DNA of 64,000 nucleotides, taken from the NCBI GenBank assembly GCA_963705305.1, contig OY970067.1, positions 5,120,001-5,184,000 of the forward strand, read 5' to 3'. A program made the translations under genes and the position numbers. The notes below the pieces were generated by a model, which saw nothing but the letters and a program-made list of their open reading frames with translations, made no database searches and was not told where the DNA came from. This DNA comes from an uncultured Methylomirabilota bacterium (GTDB lineage Bacteria > Methylomirabilota > Methylomirabilia > Methylomirabilales > 2-02-FULL-66-22). This document shows positions 1 to 9,354 of this stretch, in pieces. Position 1 is the stretch's first letter, and each line of letters begins with the position of its first letter.

Positions 1-113
1 TTGGATTACGCTGCTGGAGGGCGCAGCCGGACGGAGGTCAGTCTGCGAAGGCTGGCACAACTTGCACGGTCCCCGATTTTGTCCTCACCGTGAGAGGCCG
101 GCCGGGGTCGGCG

Positions 114-377
114 TCATTGCCTGGCCTTACACTGCTTGGTGGCCTCCCGGATCGTCAATTTCGCGTTGGCGGCATCCGCAAAGATCGTATCCAGACACTG
201 GACCAACTTATAGGGATCCATCCCCAGTTCCCGCGAAAGGACGTTCGCTACTTGGATCTTCTGTTTCGACAACGTCTGCACCCAGAGAGAGCCGGGATCG
301 GCATCGCTGAGGGCCCAGGCCGCTCCAGTGGTCAGAATTAGCCCAAGCATGACCGCTCCGAACACACGCTTTCCCAT
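114..377 (-). CDS. Small secreted hypothetical protein (signal peptide, two Cys)
   Basis: MGKRVFGAVMLGLILTTGAAWA is a typical Sec signal peptide; AGGGAGA RBS upstream; mature part is helical with two Cys. Confidence 0.7.
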   Translation of the reverse strand: MGKRVFGAVMLGLILTTGAAWALSDADPGSLWVQTLSKQKIQVANVLSRELGMDPYKLVQCLDTIFADAANAKLTIREATKQCKARQ

Positions 378-572
378 CTTGGCTCTCCCTGCGGGCAGCG
401 GATTCCGACGGATCCTCGCCAGGATTTCGCCGCTTGAGCCCGTGGCGGAAACCGACCCCCGCGCCGGCTGACCCTTTCTGCCTTTTCAGTCAAACCGACA
501 GGACTGCTCTTGTCTAGGCAATTCCACGCCGGCCCGAGTTTGACAACATTTGGACGCAGCCCCAGCGCAACC

Positions 573-3278
573 TCACCGCCGAATGCTCCGTTTTCCCGGT
601 CCGTCCGTCAATGACCGGGGCCCGTCGTTTCGAGCCTCGGGGGGAAAGGCCTGCGCGAACCGACTGCGCACGAAGCGCAGCTCGTCGTCCCGGCTCTGGA
701 CATGGCCGTCCAGCCTGGCGTACAGGAGGGAGTTCAGGATGTCCCGGTAGATGGGGCCGGGCCTGAGTCCCAGCGCGCGCAGGTCGTCCCCCGTCAAGAG
801 CGACCGCACCCGCTGCGTCGTGCCCAGGAATTCGCCCATAGGCTTCCTCAGATCCGGGCGTTCTTCGTGGGACATGAGGGCCAGGATGGCCTCCAGCGAC
901 GAGTCGGAGAGCCAGCGGTACACGCGGCTGGGCGGCAGCTCCCGCGCCCGATGGAAGTTGCGCGCCAGCCAGCGGAGGCGGGCCAGGTCCTGGCTCATGC
1001 GGTTGGCGAACCGCTGCGGAGGGGCCAGCCGCCGCAGGACGGATCGCGCCTCCGCCGGCCGCCGCTGCCACAAGAGCGTCAGGAAATAGACCAGCCAGAC
1101 GCTGGGCTGCTCCGGCTGATACAGCATCCCGTACCACGTGAGGACCTCCCCCACCCGCCGGAGGCCGGGGCCGACGGACGCCTCCAGGGCGAGGAGGGGG
1201 TGAATCGCCCCCAGGACCCTCAGCTTCTCCAGCCGCTCCAGGATCGGCACGGGCTGCGGTTCTTGCAGGATCAGCTGGAGCTCGCTGAACAGCCGAAGGC
1301 CGGCGACCTTGTCCAGCAGCCCCATCTGCACCGCATTGGCCGAGAGCTGTTCCGCATGCCGGCCCAGGGTGAATCCGAAGCGGATCTCGAAGCGCGCCGC
1401 CCGGAGGATCCGGGTGGGGTCCTCGACGAAGCTCAGGTTGTGGATGATCCTGAGCGTCCGGTCCCGCAGGTCCTGCTGGCCGCCGAAGAAGTCCAGGAGC
1501 TCGCCGTACCGCTCTGCGTTCAGGCAGACGGCCAACGCGTTCACGGTGAAATCCCGGCGGTACAGGTCCATCTTGATGGATCCGTGTTCCACCGTGGGCA
1601 GCGCCGCGGGATACTCGTAGTACTCGGTGCGGGCCGTGGCCACGTCCATCTTGAAGCCGTCCGGCAGGCTGAGCACCGCCGTGCCGAACTTCCGGTGGCT
1701 GGTGACCTTGGCCTGGAGGCGCCGCCCCAGCGCCTCGGCGAAGGCGATGCCATCTCCCTCCACGACCACGTCCACGTCCAGGTTCTGGTGCCGCAGCAGG
1801 AGGTCCCGCACGAATCCGCCCACGGCGTACACCCGCGCCCCGGCCGCGTCCCCCACCCCGCCCGCCAGCCGGAGCAGGGACTGGATGCGGGGCGGCAGGG
1901 AGTTGGCCAGCAGGTTGGCCACGTTGCGCGAGACCGCCTCGGTGGGCTCGCGGTCGTCCGCCGTCTGGAAGGTCGGGCGCTTCAGCAGATCCTCGTGGAC
2001 GTGGCGCAGCAGGTCGGCCCGCGTCACCGCCCCCCGCAGCCGCTGTCCTTCCACGACCGGCAGGAACCCCACGTTGCGCTCCACCATCAGCCGCTGCACC
2101 TGCGGCAGCGGGTCGCGGGGCGCCACCCGGGGAAACTCGCTGCTCATGTAGTCGTGGACCGGCGCTCCGGCCAGGCCGTGGAACATGGCCTTGTCCACGA
2201 CCTCGCGGGTGAGGAGGCCCACCATCTCGCCCCGGCGGATAACGGGCAGGTAGGCCAGGTTGAACCGGTTCATGAGCTCCGCCGCCCCCTGGATGGTGAA
2301 CCGCTCCGGGATGGCCTTGACCGGAGCCGTCATGATGTCCTGAGCCTGTCGCAGGGGACGGACCATGGTCTTCAGGGACTGGAGCAGCCGCTCTTTCACC
2401 TGGTAGAGAGTCAGGTCCTTGATGGTGGCCGCGGCCGCCGTCGCGTGCCCGCCCCCGCCAAAGACCTCCACGATCTGCCCCACGTCCACCGTCTCCAGCC
2501 GGCTGCGCGCCACCAGGTGCACCCGGTTGTCCATGCGGACTAGCGTGAACAGGACGTTGATGTTCTCCATGTCCCGTAGCTTGTGGGCCAGCACGGCCAG
2601 GTCGCCGACGTAGCGGTCCAGGGACGCCGTGCTGACGACGACGCGCACGCCGTTGACCGTGTACGTCTCGGCGGACCGGATGAGCTCGTTCAGGAGCCCC
2701 ACCTGCTCGGCCGACAGCTCGCGCCGGACGAACTCCGAGACCAGCGTCAGGTTGGCCCCCCGGGAGAGACAGTAGGCGGCGGCGTGCAGGTCGGCTTCGG
2801 TGGTGTTGCTGAAGGTGAGGAGGCCGGTCTCCTCGTAGATGCCCAGCGCCAGCAGGGAGGCCTCCTGCGGGGTCAGCGGGGCCTGCTGCTCGCGGAGCAG
2901 ATCCAGCAGGATGGTGGTGGTGGCCCCGACCTCCCGGAGCACCTCCAGGCTGCCGCCGATGTCCTTGGGGTGGGCCGGATGGTGGTCGTAGATGTGGACC
3001 TCGACCCCGGATCTCGCCGCCACCTCGCGCAGCACGCCGATCCGCGTCAGGCGCTTCACGTCCACCAGGACGAGGCGGGTGATCTCGTCCAGGGGGAATC
3101 CTCGCAGGCGCTCGGCTCGAAGCGGGAAGCGGGTCTCGCGCAGGAACTCGCGCACGTTCCGCTCCTGCGCGCCGGGAAAGAGCAGGCGGGCCTTCGGATA
3201 GAGTTTCGACGCGGCCACCATCGAGGCCAGCCCGTCGAAATCCGCCTGGATGTGCGTGCAGATGACTTCCACAGCCAT
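573..3278 (-). CDS. DHH-CBS-nucleotidyltransferase: tRNA nucleotidyltransferase, probably A-adding type
   Basis: C-terminal 901 aa of ORF 573..4253 starting MAVEVICTH; DHH motifs (HIQADFDG, YDHH, GGGGH), CBS pair, class II NTase motifs VGGFVRD, DVDVVV, DLYRRDFTVNA, EDPTRILRAARF. Confidence 0.9.
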   Translation of the reverse strand: MAVEVICTHIQADFDGLASMVAASKLYPKARLLFPGAQERNVREFLRETRFPLRAERLRGFPLDEITRLVLVDVKRLTRIGVLREVAARSGVEVHIYDHHPAHPKDIGGSLEVLREVGATTTILLDLLREQQAPLTPQEASLLALGIYEETGLLTFSNTTEADLHAAAYCLSRGANLTLVSEFVRRELSAEQVGLLNELIRSAETYTVNGVRVVVSTASLDRYVGDLAVLAHKLRDMENINVLFTLVRMDNRVHLVARSRLETVDVGQIVEVFGGGGHATAAAATIKDLTLYQVKERLLQSLKTMVRPLRQAQDIMTAPVKAIPERFTIQGAAELMNRFNLAYLPVIRRGEMVGLLTREVVDKAMFHGLAGAPVHDYMSSEFPRVAPRDPLPQVQRLMVERNVGFLPVVEGQRLRGAVTRADLLRHVHEDLLKRPTFQTADDREPTEAVSRNVANLLANSLPPRIQSLLRLAGGVGDAAGARVYAVGGFVRDLLLRHQNLDVDVVVEGDGIAFAEALGRRLQAKVTSHRKFGTAVLSLPDGFKMDVATARTEYYEYPAALPTVEHGSIKMDLYRRDFTVNALAVCLNAERYGELLDFFGGQQDLRDRTLRIIHNLSFVEDPTRILRAARFEIRFGFTLGRHAEQLSANAVQMGLLDKVAGLRLFSELQLILQEPQPVPILERLEKLRVLGAIHPLLALEASVGPGLRRVGEVLTWYGMLYQPEQPSVWLVYFLTLLWQRRPAEARSVLRRLAPPQRFANRMSQDLARLRWLARNFHRARELPPSRVYRWLSDSSLEAILALMSHEERPDLRKPMGEFLGTTQRVRSLLTGDDLRALGLRPGPIYRDILNSLLYARLDGHVQSRDDELRFVRSRFAQAFPPEARNDGPRSLTDGPGKRSIRR

Positions 3279-3390
3279 GCGTCCCCGGCAACCCGCGTTC
3301 CCCCCGGTCGAGGAGGGACATGCTCCTGGCCGGCCCCGACCGCCGGAGCGGCCCCGTGCGCCGCTTCCGGAGGCCGGCAGGTGCCCGCCC

Positions 3391-4241
3391 TCAGCCCGGC
3401 GGGGGCGGCCCCCCCGGTCCAGGATATCCGCCAGCATGCCCCCCAGGAGCATAATGATGGCGGTGTAGAAGATCCAGAGGATCACCCCGATGAAGCCGCC
3501 CAGGATTCCGTAGAAGAGGTTGTAGCGGGCGTAGTGGGTGAGGTACCAGTTGAAGGCCACCTTGGCCTGGTGCCAGAGGAGCGCGGCGACGGTCCCGCCG
3601 GCCATGGCGGCGGGCCAGCGGATCTCCCGCACCGGCGCGATCCGGTACATGATGGTGAGGAGGATGCCCATCAGGATCGAGGCCAGGTAGCGTGGGAAAT
3701 CCTGATGGGACAGGAACACGGGAAGGGCGACATGCGTCCCCAGCAGCTCCTGGATGTTGGACCAGGCCACCAGGACCCATCCTCCCATCAGCGCGACCAG
3801 CAGCAGAAAGCCGACGGTGCACATCAGGACCAGGGCCACCAGCTTCCGTCTGAAGAACGAGCGCGTATCGCGGCCGTCCGTCAGCTGTGTCAAGGAGGTG
3901 GCGATGATGTCGAAGACCCCCATGGCCACCCAAATGAGAAAGCCGATCCCCAGGACCCCCGTGACGTGCCGGCTGCGGATCAGGGTGGTGAGAAACCGCT
4001 CCACGTCCGGCCCGGTTCCGCGCGGGATGAACCGCCGGGCGGCCGACAGGATCTCCACGACCCCCCGGTCGGAGGATCCCAGCAGATAGCCGACGGCCGA
4101 CGTTCCCAGGAGCAGCAGGGGGATGAAGGCGAGCAGCCAGTAGAAAGAGATGGCGGCCGCCATCATCATCAGGTCGTGCGTCCGCAGGCGCCGGATGATC
4201 TCCCCGACGACCCGCCGCAGCCATCCCGGTCGCGCTGCCAT
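3391..4241 (-). CDS. YihY/virulence factor BrkB family membrane protein (apparent 1-nt deletion near 3' end)
   Basis: MAAAISFYWLLAFIP and YNLFYGILGGFIGVILWIFY motifs; multiple TM helices; one more G in the G7 run (3409-3415) would end it at TGA 3391-3393. Confidence 0.85.
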
Positions 4242-4297
4242 GCGCCCTCCCACCCGGACCAGCAGCCCAACAGCGAACCGAAAGGTTTGTCCCCCTG

Positions 4298-4441
4298 AGG
4301 CTGCTCAAAAAGGCCCAGATGCAAGGCGCCGTGCGATCCGAGGCGCGAGGCGTACTTTGCACGTACGTCGCAGCGCCGCGGGAGCGCGCGGGTACCCGGC
4401 CGTAGGCTGGGTGTCCGCAGATGGGACTTTTTCAGCAGCCT
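4298..4441. mobile_element. MITE-like element, copy 1 (144 bp)
   Basis: Imperfect terminal IRs AGGCTGCTCAAAAAGGCCCA / TGGGACTTTTTCAGCAGCCT; near-identical copy at 29954 and expanded copy at 46474. Confidence 0.8.
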
Positions 4442-4599
4442 ACTAAGCATAGTGCATCCCTTCGGCTAGCTGCAAGCGCTACTCGCTCGCCGCTCCGCCA
4501 ACCGCGAATGGGCGTCCAAGAGGTCGTCGGCCTGCTTGCGCCCCGGATGGCCATATGGTAGCGTACCACCAACCGACCATCGCTGCGGAGGAGGGTCCC

Positions 4600-4908
4600 A
4601 TGGGTCAAGCGGCGTTGATCTTCTCCCTGATCCTGGCCATCATCGTCGCAGTGTTCGCTATCCAGAACGCCGGCCCGGTGACGCTCCGCTTCGGCTTCTG
4701 GTCGATCGAGACGTTGCTCGTCGTCGTGATCCTGGTGGCCGCGGCCCTGGGGGCGGCCATGGCGTCGGTGCTGGGGCTCCCCGGCTGGATTCGCGACCGT
4801 CGCCGCCTCCGCGCGCAGACCCGAGAGCTGGAGCGCCTGCGCGCCGCCCGTTCGGGAGAACTGGCGGGGGCGTCGGAGTCCAAGCCCTCCGCTCCGCCTC
4901 CCGTCTGA
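4600..4908 (+). CDS. LapA (DUF1049) family membrane protein
   Basis: VFAIQNAGPVTLRFGFW motif, two TM helices, C-terminal coiled coil; GGAGGAGG RBS. Confidence 0.85.
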   Translation: MGQAALIFSLILAIIVAVFAIQNAGPVTLRFGFWSIETLLVVVILVAAALGAAMASVLGLPGWIRDRRRLRAQTRELERLRAARSGELAGASESKPSAPPPV

Positions 4909-4916
4909 GTCGCCGC

Positions 4917-6551
4917 ATGCGTATCGCCACCAAGCTGACGCTCCTCTTGCTGCTTGCCGTGGCCGTGGTCATGATCGGCTTCGGCTATCTCCGCACCCAG
5001 GAGGAGCGGCAGCGGCTGATCGCCGAATTCCAGCAGGAGGTCCTGATCTTGGGCAGCGCCCTCAAGCTGACCGCAGAGCACGCCTTGCGGGACCGCCAAC
5101 CCCAGGACATCCAGCAGCTGTTGACCGAGATGGTCGGGGAACCCAATCCGGTCGATCGCATCCTGATCCTGGACCGCCGCCTCCAGGACATCAGCAGCGC
5201 CGCCTCGCCCATCGCCCCCGCCCTGACCGTCCCGCGGGCCGAGCTGGAGCAGGTGCTCGCGACGGGCCGGCCGCTGGTCCGCTACGTGGATGCACAGCCG
5301 CGCCCGGCGGCGTACGCCATCCTGCCGCTCCATACCCGCCGCGGCTCGATCATCGGCCTCCTCGAGGTGGTGCGCGTGGCCACCCATGTTCAGCGACAGA
5401 TCGAAGCCGTCGTGTACGACCAGGTGCTGCGTCTGAGTCTGCTCAGCCTGACCATCGCCTTGGTCATCTGGCTGACCGTCCGCATCGGCATCCGGCGGCC
5501 GGTCGGGCAACTGGTGGCGCTCTCCCTCAGTTTCGGCCGGGGCGATCTCAGCCAGCGGATTCCGCTTCGGCGCCGCGACGAGATCGGCCGGCTGGCCTCG
5601 GCGTTCAACCGCATGGCGGAGGACCTGCAGGCGGCCCGCCACAAGCTGTTGGAGGAAGCGCAGGGGCGCCTGGATCTGGAGCGGCAGGTCCTGCAGGCCC
5701 AGAAGCTGGCCGCCGTGGGGCGGTTGGCCAGCGAGGTCGCCCACGAGATCGGCACCCCGCTGAACATCATCTCGGGCCGGGCCGAGAGCATCCAGAAGCG
5801 CCTGCCGGAGGAGCACCCGGCTTCGCGCCACGTCGCCATCATCCTCCGCCAAATCGAGCGGATCAGCGGCATCATCCGCCAGCTGCTCGAATACACCCGC
5901 CCGCGACGCCTGGAGCTGCGCCCCGTGGAGGTCGGCCCCATGCTGGACCGCACCGCCGACCTGCTGGAGCCGCTGGCCCGCCGCCGCCAGGTCCAGCTTG
6001 TGGTCCGGACGGCCGACAGGCTGCCCCCGATCCTGGCGGATCCCGATCAGCTCCAGCAGGTTCTGCTCAACCTGGTCACCAACGCCCTGGATGCCACGGC
6101 AGCGGGCGGCCAGGTGCGGCTGACGGCCGACGCGGAGACCTCCGAGCCGCCCCCGGCCGACGCCGACGGCCCCGCCCACATCGTCCGCGGCGGGACGAAC
6201 GGTCCGTGCGTGACCCTTCGCGTCGCCGACACGGGGTGCGGGATCGAGTCCGAGCAGCTCCAGCGGATCTTCGAGCCGTTCTTCTCGACCAAGGGACGGG
6301 AAGAAGGCACCGGCCTCGGCCTGCCCATCGTCGAGGACATCGTGCGCTCCCACCACGGCGCCATCCGGGTCCAGAGTCTGAAGGACCGGGGAACGACCGT
6401 CTCACTGTTCTGGCCCCTGGCGGCGGGAGCGCCGCCCGGCAGCGCCGAGGCGGCTGCCCCAATCCCGGGGGACCGGGGCTTGGACCACCCGGCGGACCGC
6501 CCCCCGGACCGGCGGCAACAACACTCCGGAGTCGTCAATGGCAGCAGGTGA
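4917..6551 (+). CDS. Sensor histidine kinase (2 TM, HAMP, HisKA, HATPase)
   Basis: Start MRIATKL; RRDEIGRLASAFNRM HAMP; VAHEIGTPLN H-box; NLVTNALDA, DTGCG, FEPFFSTK, GTGLGL. Confidence 0.93.
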   Translation: MRIATKLTLLLLLAVAVVMIGFGYLRTQEERQRLIAEFQQEVLILGSALKLTAEHALRDRQPQDIQQLLTEMVGEPNPVDRILILDRRLQDISSAASPIAPALTVPRAELEQVLATGRPLVRYVDAQPRPAAYAILPLHTRRGSIIGLLEVVRVATHVQRQIEAVVYDQVLRLSLLSLTIALVIWLTVRIGIRRPVGQLVALSLSFGRGDLSQRIPLRRRDEIGRLASAFNRMAEDLQAARHKLLEEAQGRLDLERQVLQAQKLAAVGRLASEVAHEIGTPLNIISGRAESIQKRLPEEHPASRHVAIILRQIERISGIIRQLLEYTRPRRLELRPVEVGPMLDRTADLLEPLARRRQVQLVVRTADRLPPILADPDQLQQVLLNLVTNALDATAAGGQVRLTADAETSEPPPADADGPAHIVRGGTNGPCVTLRVADTGCGIESEQLQRIFEPFFSTKGREEGTGLGLPIVEDIVRSHHGAIRVQSLKDRGTTVSLFWPLAAGAPPGSAEAAAPIPGDRGLDHPADRPPDRRQQHSGVVNGSR

Positions 6552-7929
6552 CCGCCCCCAGATACTGATCGTCGAGGACGACCCCGAGATGCTGGCCCTC
6601 GTTTCGGAGCACCTGGAGGATGAGGGACACGAAGTCGTCGGCAGCCGGCATGGCGCCGAGGCCATCGCCATCCTCCGCACCCGGCGGTTCGACTCGGTGC
6701 TGAGCGACCTGCGCATGCCCGGGGTGGATGGGATGGAGGTGCTCAAGGCCGCCCGCGAGCTCCAGCCTGACACCCCCGTCATCCTGATCACCGCGTTCGG
6801 CACCATCGAGACCGCCATCCAGGCCATCCGTCAAGGGGCCTTCGACTATGTGACCAAACCCTTCTCCCTGGACGAGATCGGCTTGCTGGTGGGCAAGGCC
6901 CTGGAGCACCGGCGCCTGCGCGAGGAGAATCGCCGGCTGCGCGAGGAGGTGGCGGGTCGATACCGCCTCCACAACCTGCTGGCCGTCAGCCCGATCATGC
7001 AGGGGGTCTTCGCGCTGATCCGCCAGGCCGCCCCGGGCGACGCCAACGTGCTGATCGCCGGAGAGAGCGGCACGGGAAAGGAGCTGGTCGCCAAGGCCAT
7101 CCATTATAACAGCCCCCGCGCCGAGCGGCCCTTCGTCCCGGTCAACTGCGCGGCGATGCCGGCGGGCCTGCTCGAGAGCGAGCTCTTCGGCCATGTGAAG
7201 GGGGCCTTCACCGGCGCCGTCGGAACCCGGCGAGGCCTCTTCCGCGAAGCCGCCGGGGGCACCCTCTTCCTGGACGAGATCGGGGACATGCCCCCCGAAC
7301 TGCAATCGAAGCTCCTGCGCGCCATCGAGGATCGCGCCGTGCGCCCGGTGGGAAGCGACGAGACGGTGCCGGTGGACCTCCGCCTGGTGGCGGCAAGCAA
7401 CAAGGATCTGGCCGCGCGAATCCGCGAGGGGCAGTTCCGGGAAGATCTCTACTACCGGCTGGCCGTCATTCCCGTCACCCTGCCCCCCCTGCGCGAGCGC
7501 CGCGAGGACATCCCGCTCTTGGCCGAGCATTTCCTGCGCCGCGCCTTGGAGAGTGCCGGGAAGCGGGGGATTGCGTTCACCCCCGAGGCCATGGCCGCTA
7601 TGCTTCGCCACCCCTGGCCCGGCAACGTCCGCGAGCTGGAGAACGTGGTGGAGCGGGCGGTCACCCTGACGGTCGGGGATCGAGTGTCGCCGCAGGCCCT
7701 GCTCCTGGATGCCTCGCCGGCGCCGGCCCCCGGCAGCCTGCTGGCGCACATGGCCGGCCGCCCCAGCCTGCAGCAGCTGGCGGATGAGTACACGACCCTG
7801 GTGCTGCGGGAGACCGGAGGGGACAAGGCCAAGGCGGCTGAGATCCTCAAGGTCAGCAAGCGCACCCTCTACCGATGGGAAAAGCACGCCCCCGAGGGAG
7901 ACGCCCCCTCGGAGGATCGGAGCATCTGA
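6538..7929 (+). CDS. Sigma54-dependent response regulator, NtrC family
   Basis: REC (EDD, DLRMP, KPF), AAA+ GESGTGKE, GAFTGA, LFLDEIG, WPGNVRELEN, Fis-type HTH. Confidence 0.95.
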   Translation: MAAGDRPQILIVEDDPEMLALVSEHLEDEGHEVVGSRHGAEAIAILRTRRFDSVLSDLRMPGVDGMEVLKAARELQPDTPVILITAFGTIETAIQAIRQGAFDYVTKPFSLDEIGLLVGKALEHRRLREENRRLREEVAGRYRLHNLLAVSPIMQGVFALIRQAAPGDANVLIAGESGTGKELVAKAIHYNSPRAERPFVPVNCAAMPAGLLESELFGHVKGAFTGAVGTRRGLFREAAGGTLFLDEIGDMPPELQSKLLRAIEDRAVRPVGSDETVPVDLRLVAASNKDLAARIREGQFREDLYYRLAVIPVTLPPLRERREDIPLLAEHFLRRALESAGKRGIAFTPEAMAAMLRHPWPGNVRELENVVERAVTLTVGDRVSPQALLLDASPAPAPGSLLAHMAGRPSLQQLADEYTTLVLRETGGDKAKAAEILKVSKRTLYRWEKHAPEGDAPSEDRSI

Positions 7930-8242
7930 CTCCCATTCTCGTGCGTTCGTCCTCGATGTTCGATCTGCCAGCCAGATCCTGGGTGGTCTCCAAGGCCAGG
8001 CAAACACCTCTTCGGCTCCCTCTCATCCCATGCCGTGACAGCGTGTCCCGGCTTAAGACACCATGACTTACCTTTATGTTTCTCGCTAGTTATCATTGGC
8101 TCTCCCGATGACAACCGGGCCATCTTTGCCAACTTTTCATCAAGTCACCTTGCGCGCCTGGCAGTGCCAGTACGAATCCAAGACCATCTAACTGATTGTC
8201 ACTCAACCGCTTGACGGCAATCCGGCCGGGCAAGGTGCCGGA

Positions 8243-8258
8243 CGGCACCGACATTGCT
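8243..8258 (+). promoter_or_regulatory. Sigma54 (-24/-12) promoter
   Basis: CGGCACCGACATTGCT: GG-N10-GC with GGCAC and TTGCT boxes, about 80 bp before the first gene of the cluster, downstream of an AT-richer segment and the NtrC-family gene. Confidence 0.75.
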
Positions 8259-8338
8259 GAAAAACTGGAAAGGGGAGGGAGTGTCGCTTCCGGCAGTTAG
8301 GAGGGAGGGACTGCTCGAGCGCGCCGTGGGAATGATCG

Positions 8339-8779
8339 ATGTGCAGTGCAGCATACAACCGTGGGAGTGAGGATCCTCCGCGGGCGCGCATCCTGGTGGT
8401 GGATGACGACGGGGAGATGCGGGACCTGCTCGCGGAGATCCTGGCGGATGAGGGGTATGGCGCCGAGCAGGCCGCCGACGGCGCCGAGGCGCTCAGCCGC
8501 CTGCGCCAGCAGCCATTCGCGGCCGTCATCATGGACAAGAATATGCCGGGAGTGAACGGCCTGGACTTGCTTCCGGGCCTGCGAGCGCTCTGCCCGCGCA
8601 CTCCTGTCATCCTGATCAGCGCGTTCGGCGATGCCGGCTCCTTTGTGGATGCTCTTCGCGAGGGGGCGTACGAATTCCTGTTCAAGCCGTTCCGGATCGA
8701 GGAGCTATTGCGTGTTGTGCGGCAGGCGCTGGCGTCGGTCGAGCCCGTGCCGCCGCCCCTCCCCCGTGAGGCCGCGTGA
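8339..8779 (+). CDS. Single-domain response regulator
   Basis: ILVVDDD, MDKNMPG, ISAFG, FKPF; paralogue of 17558..17950; start uncertain. Confidence 0.88.
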   Translation: MCSAAYNRGSEDPPRARILVVDDDGEMRDLLAEILADEGYGAEQAADGAEALSRLRQQPFAAVIMDKNMPGVNGLDLLPGLRALCPRTPVILISAFGDAGSFVDALREGAYEFLFKPFRIEELLRVVRQALASVEPVPPPLPREAA

Positions 8780-8849
8780 GCTTACGCTGATTCCGCCCTG
8801 CCGCCCGGTCGCGGGCAGCAGGCACTGCGTCCCATCCCAGGAGGATGCC

Positions 8850-9221
8850 ATGAACGCCACCACTCGGTCCCATCTCGAGCAGTTGGCCCAGGAGGCTCGT
8901 GAGGTCCAGCGGCAGGTCTCCGCCTTGCGCCGTCAGCGGCAGACCCGGGTGGCCGCCCCGGAGCTGCCTGAAGAGCGCTGGCCCAACTTCTACGACGCCG
9001 CGCTGACGGCATCCCTGGAGCAGCACAACGAGGCCGTGCGGGAGCGCCTGGCAGATAAGAGCCGCGCCCTGGCCGAGGTGGAGGAATGCGTCCGGGAGGG
9101 CACCTACGGCCTCTGCCGCGCCTGCGGGTGTCGCATCCCGAGCCGGCGGCTCCGCGCGATGCCCACGGCCGTCCTGTGCGTCTCCTGCCAGGAAAAACAG
9201 GAGGCCGGGCGCCGGCTGTGA
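8850..9221 (+). CDS. DksA/TraR C4 zinc-finger protein
   Basis: AGGAGG RBS; coiled coil then EGTYGLCRACG..IPSRRLRAMP..LCVSCQ. Confidence 0.88.
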   Translation: MNATTRSHLEQLAQEAREVQRQVSALRRQRQTRVAAPELPEERWPNFYDAALTASLEQHNEAVRERLADKSRALAEVEECVREGTYGLCRACGCRIPSRRLRAMPTAVLCVSCQEKQEAGRRL

Positions 9222-9232
9222 AAAACTCTTCA

Positions 9233-9314
9233 ACCGCCATGACGCCAAGGGCACCCCTTTCAATTTCGAAATTCGAATTTCGGAATTCGAATTGTTCCTT
9301 GGCGGCTTGGCGGT
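9233..9314. repeat. 82-bp palindromic element with internal AATTTCG-like heptamer repeats
   Basis: Arms ACCGCCATGACGCCAAGG / CCTTGGCGGCTTGGCGGT (16/18 complementary) enclosing AATTTCG-AAATTCG-AATTTCG-GAATTCG. Confidence 0.7.
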
Positions 9315-9354
9315 GAGATAATTTCGGAATGGGGGTGAGGAGGAAGGAAACAGG

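Noticed and set aside
52..66. Sigma54-like CTGGCACAACTTGCA
   Set aside because: GG to GC spacing is 8 nt rather than the required 10, and no plus-strand gene follows.
514..3321. 935-aa minus-strand ORF and the many other long overlapping ORFs (e.g. 8782..10905, 22087..24969, 24653..26653, 31463..33496)
   Set aside because: Pro/Arg/Gly-rich or antisense shadows of recognisable genes, expected at this GC content; no motifs.
4169..4450. ORFs crossing the MITE copies (4169..4450, 29864..30052, 46450..47253 with WAPIR repeats)
   Set aside because: Their shared peptides simply reflect the repeated non-coding element.
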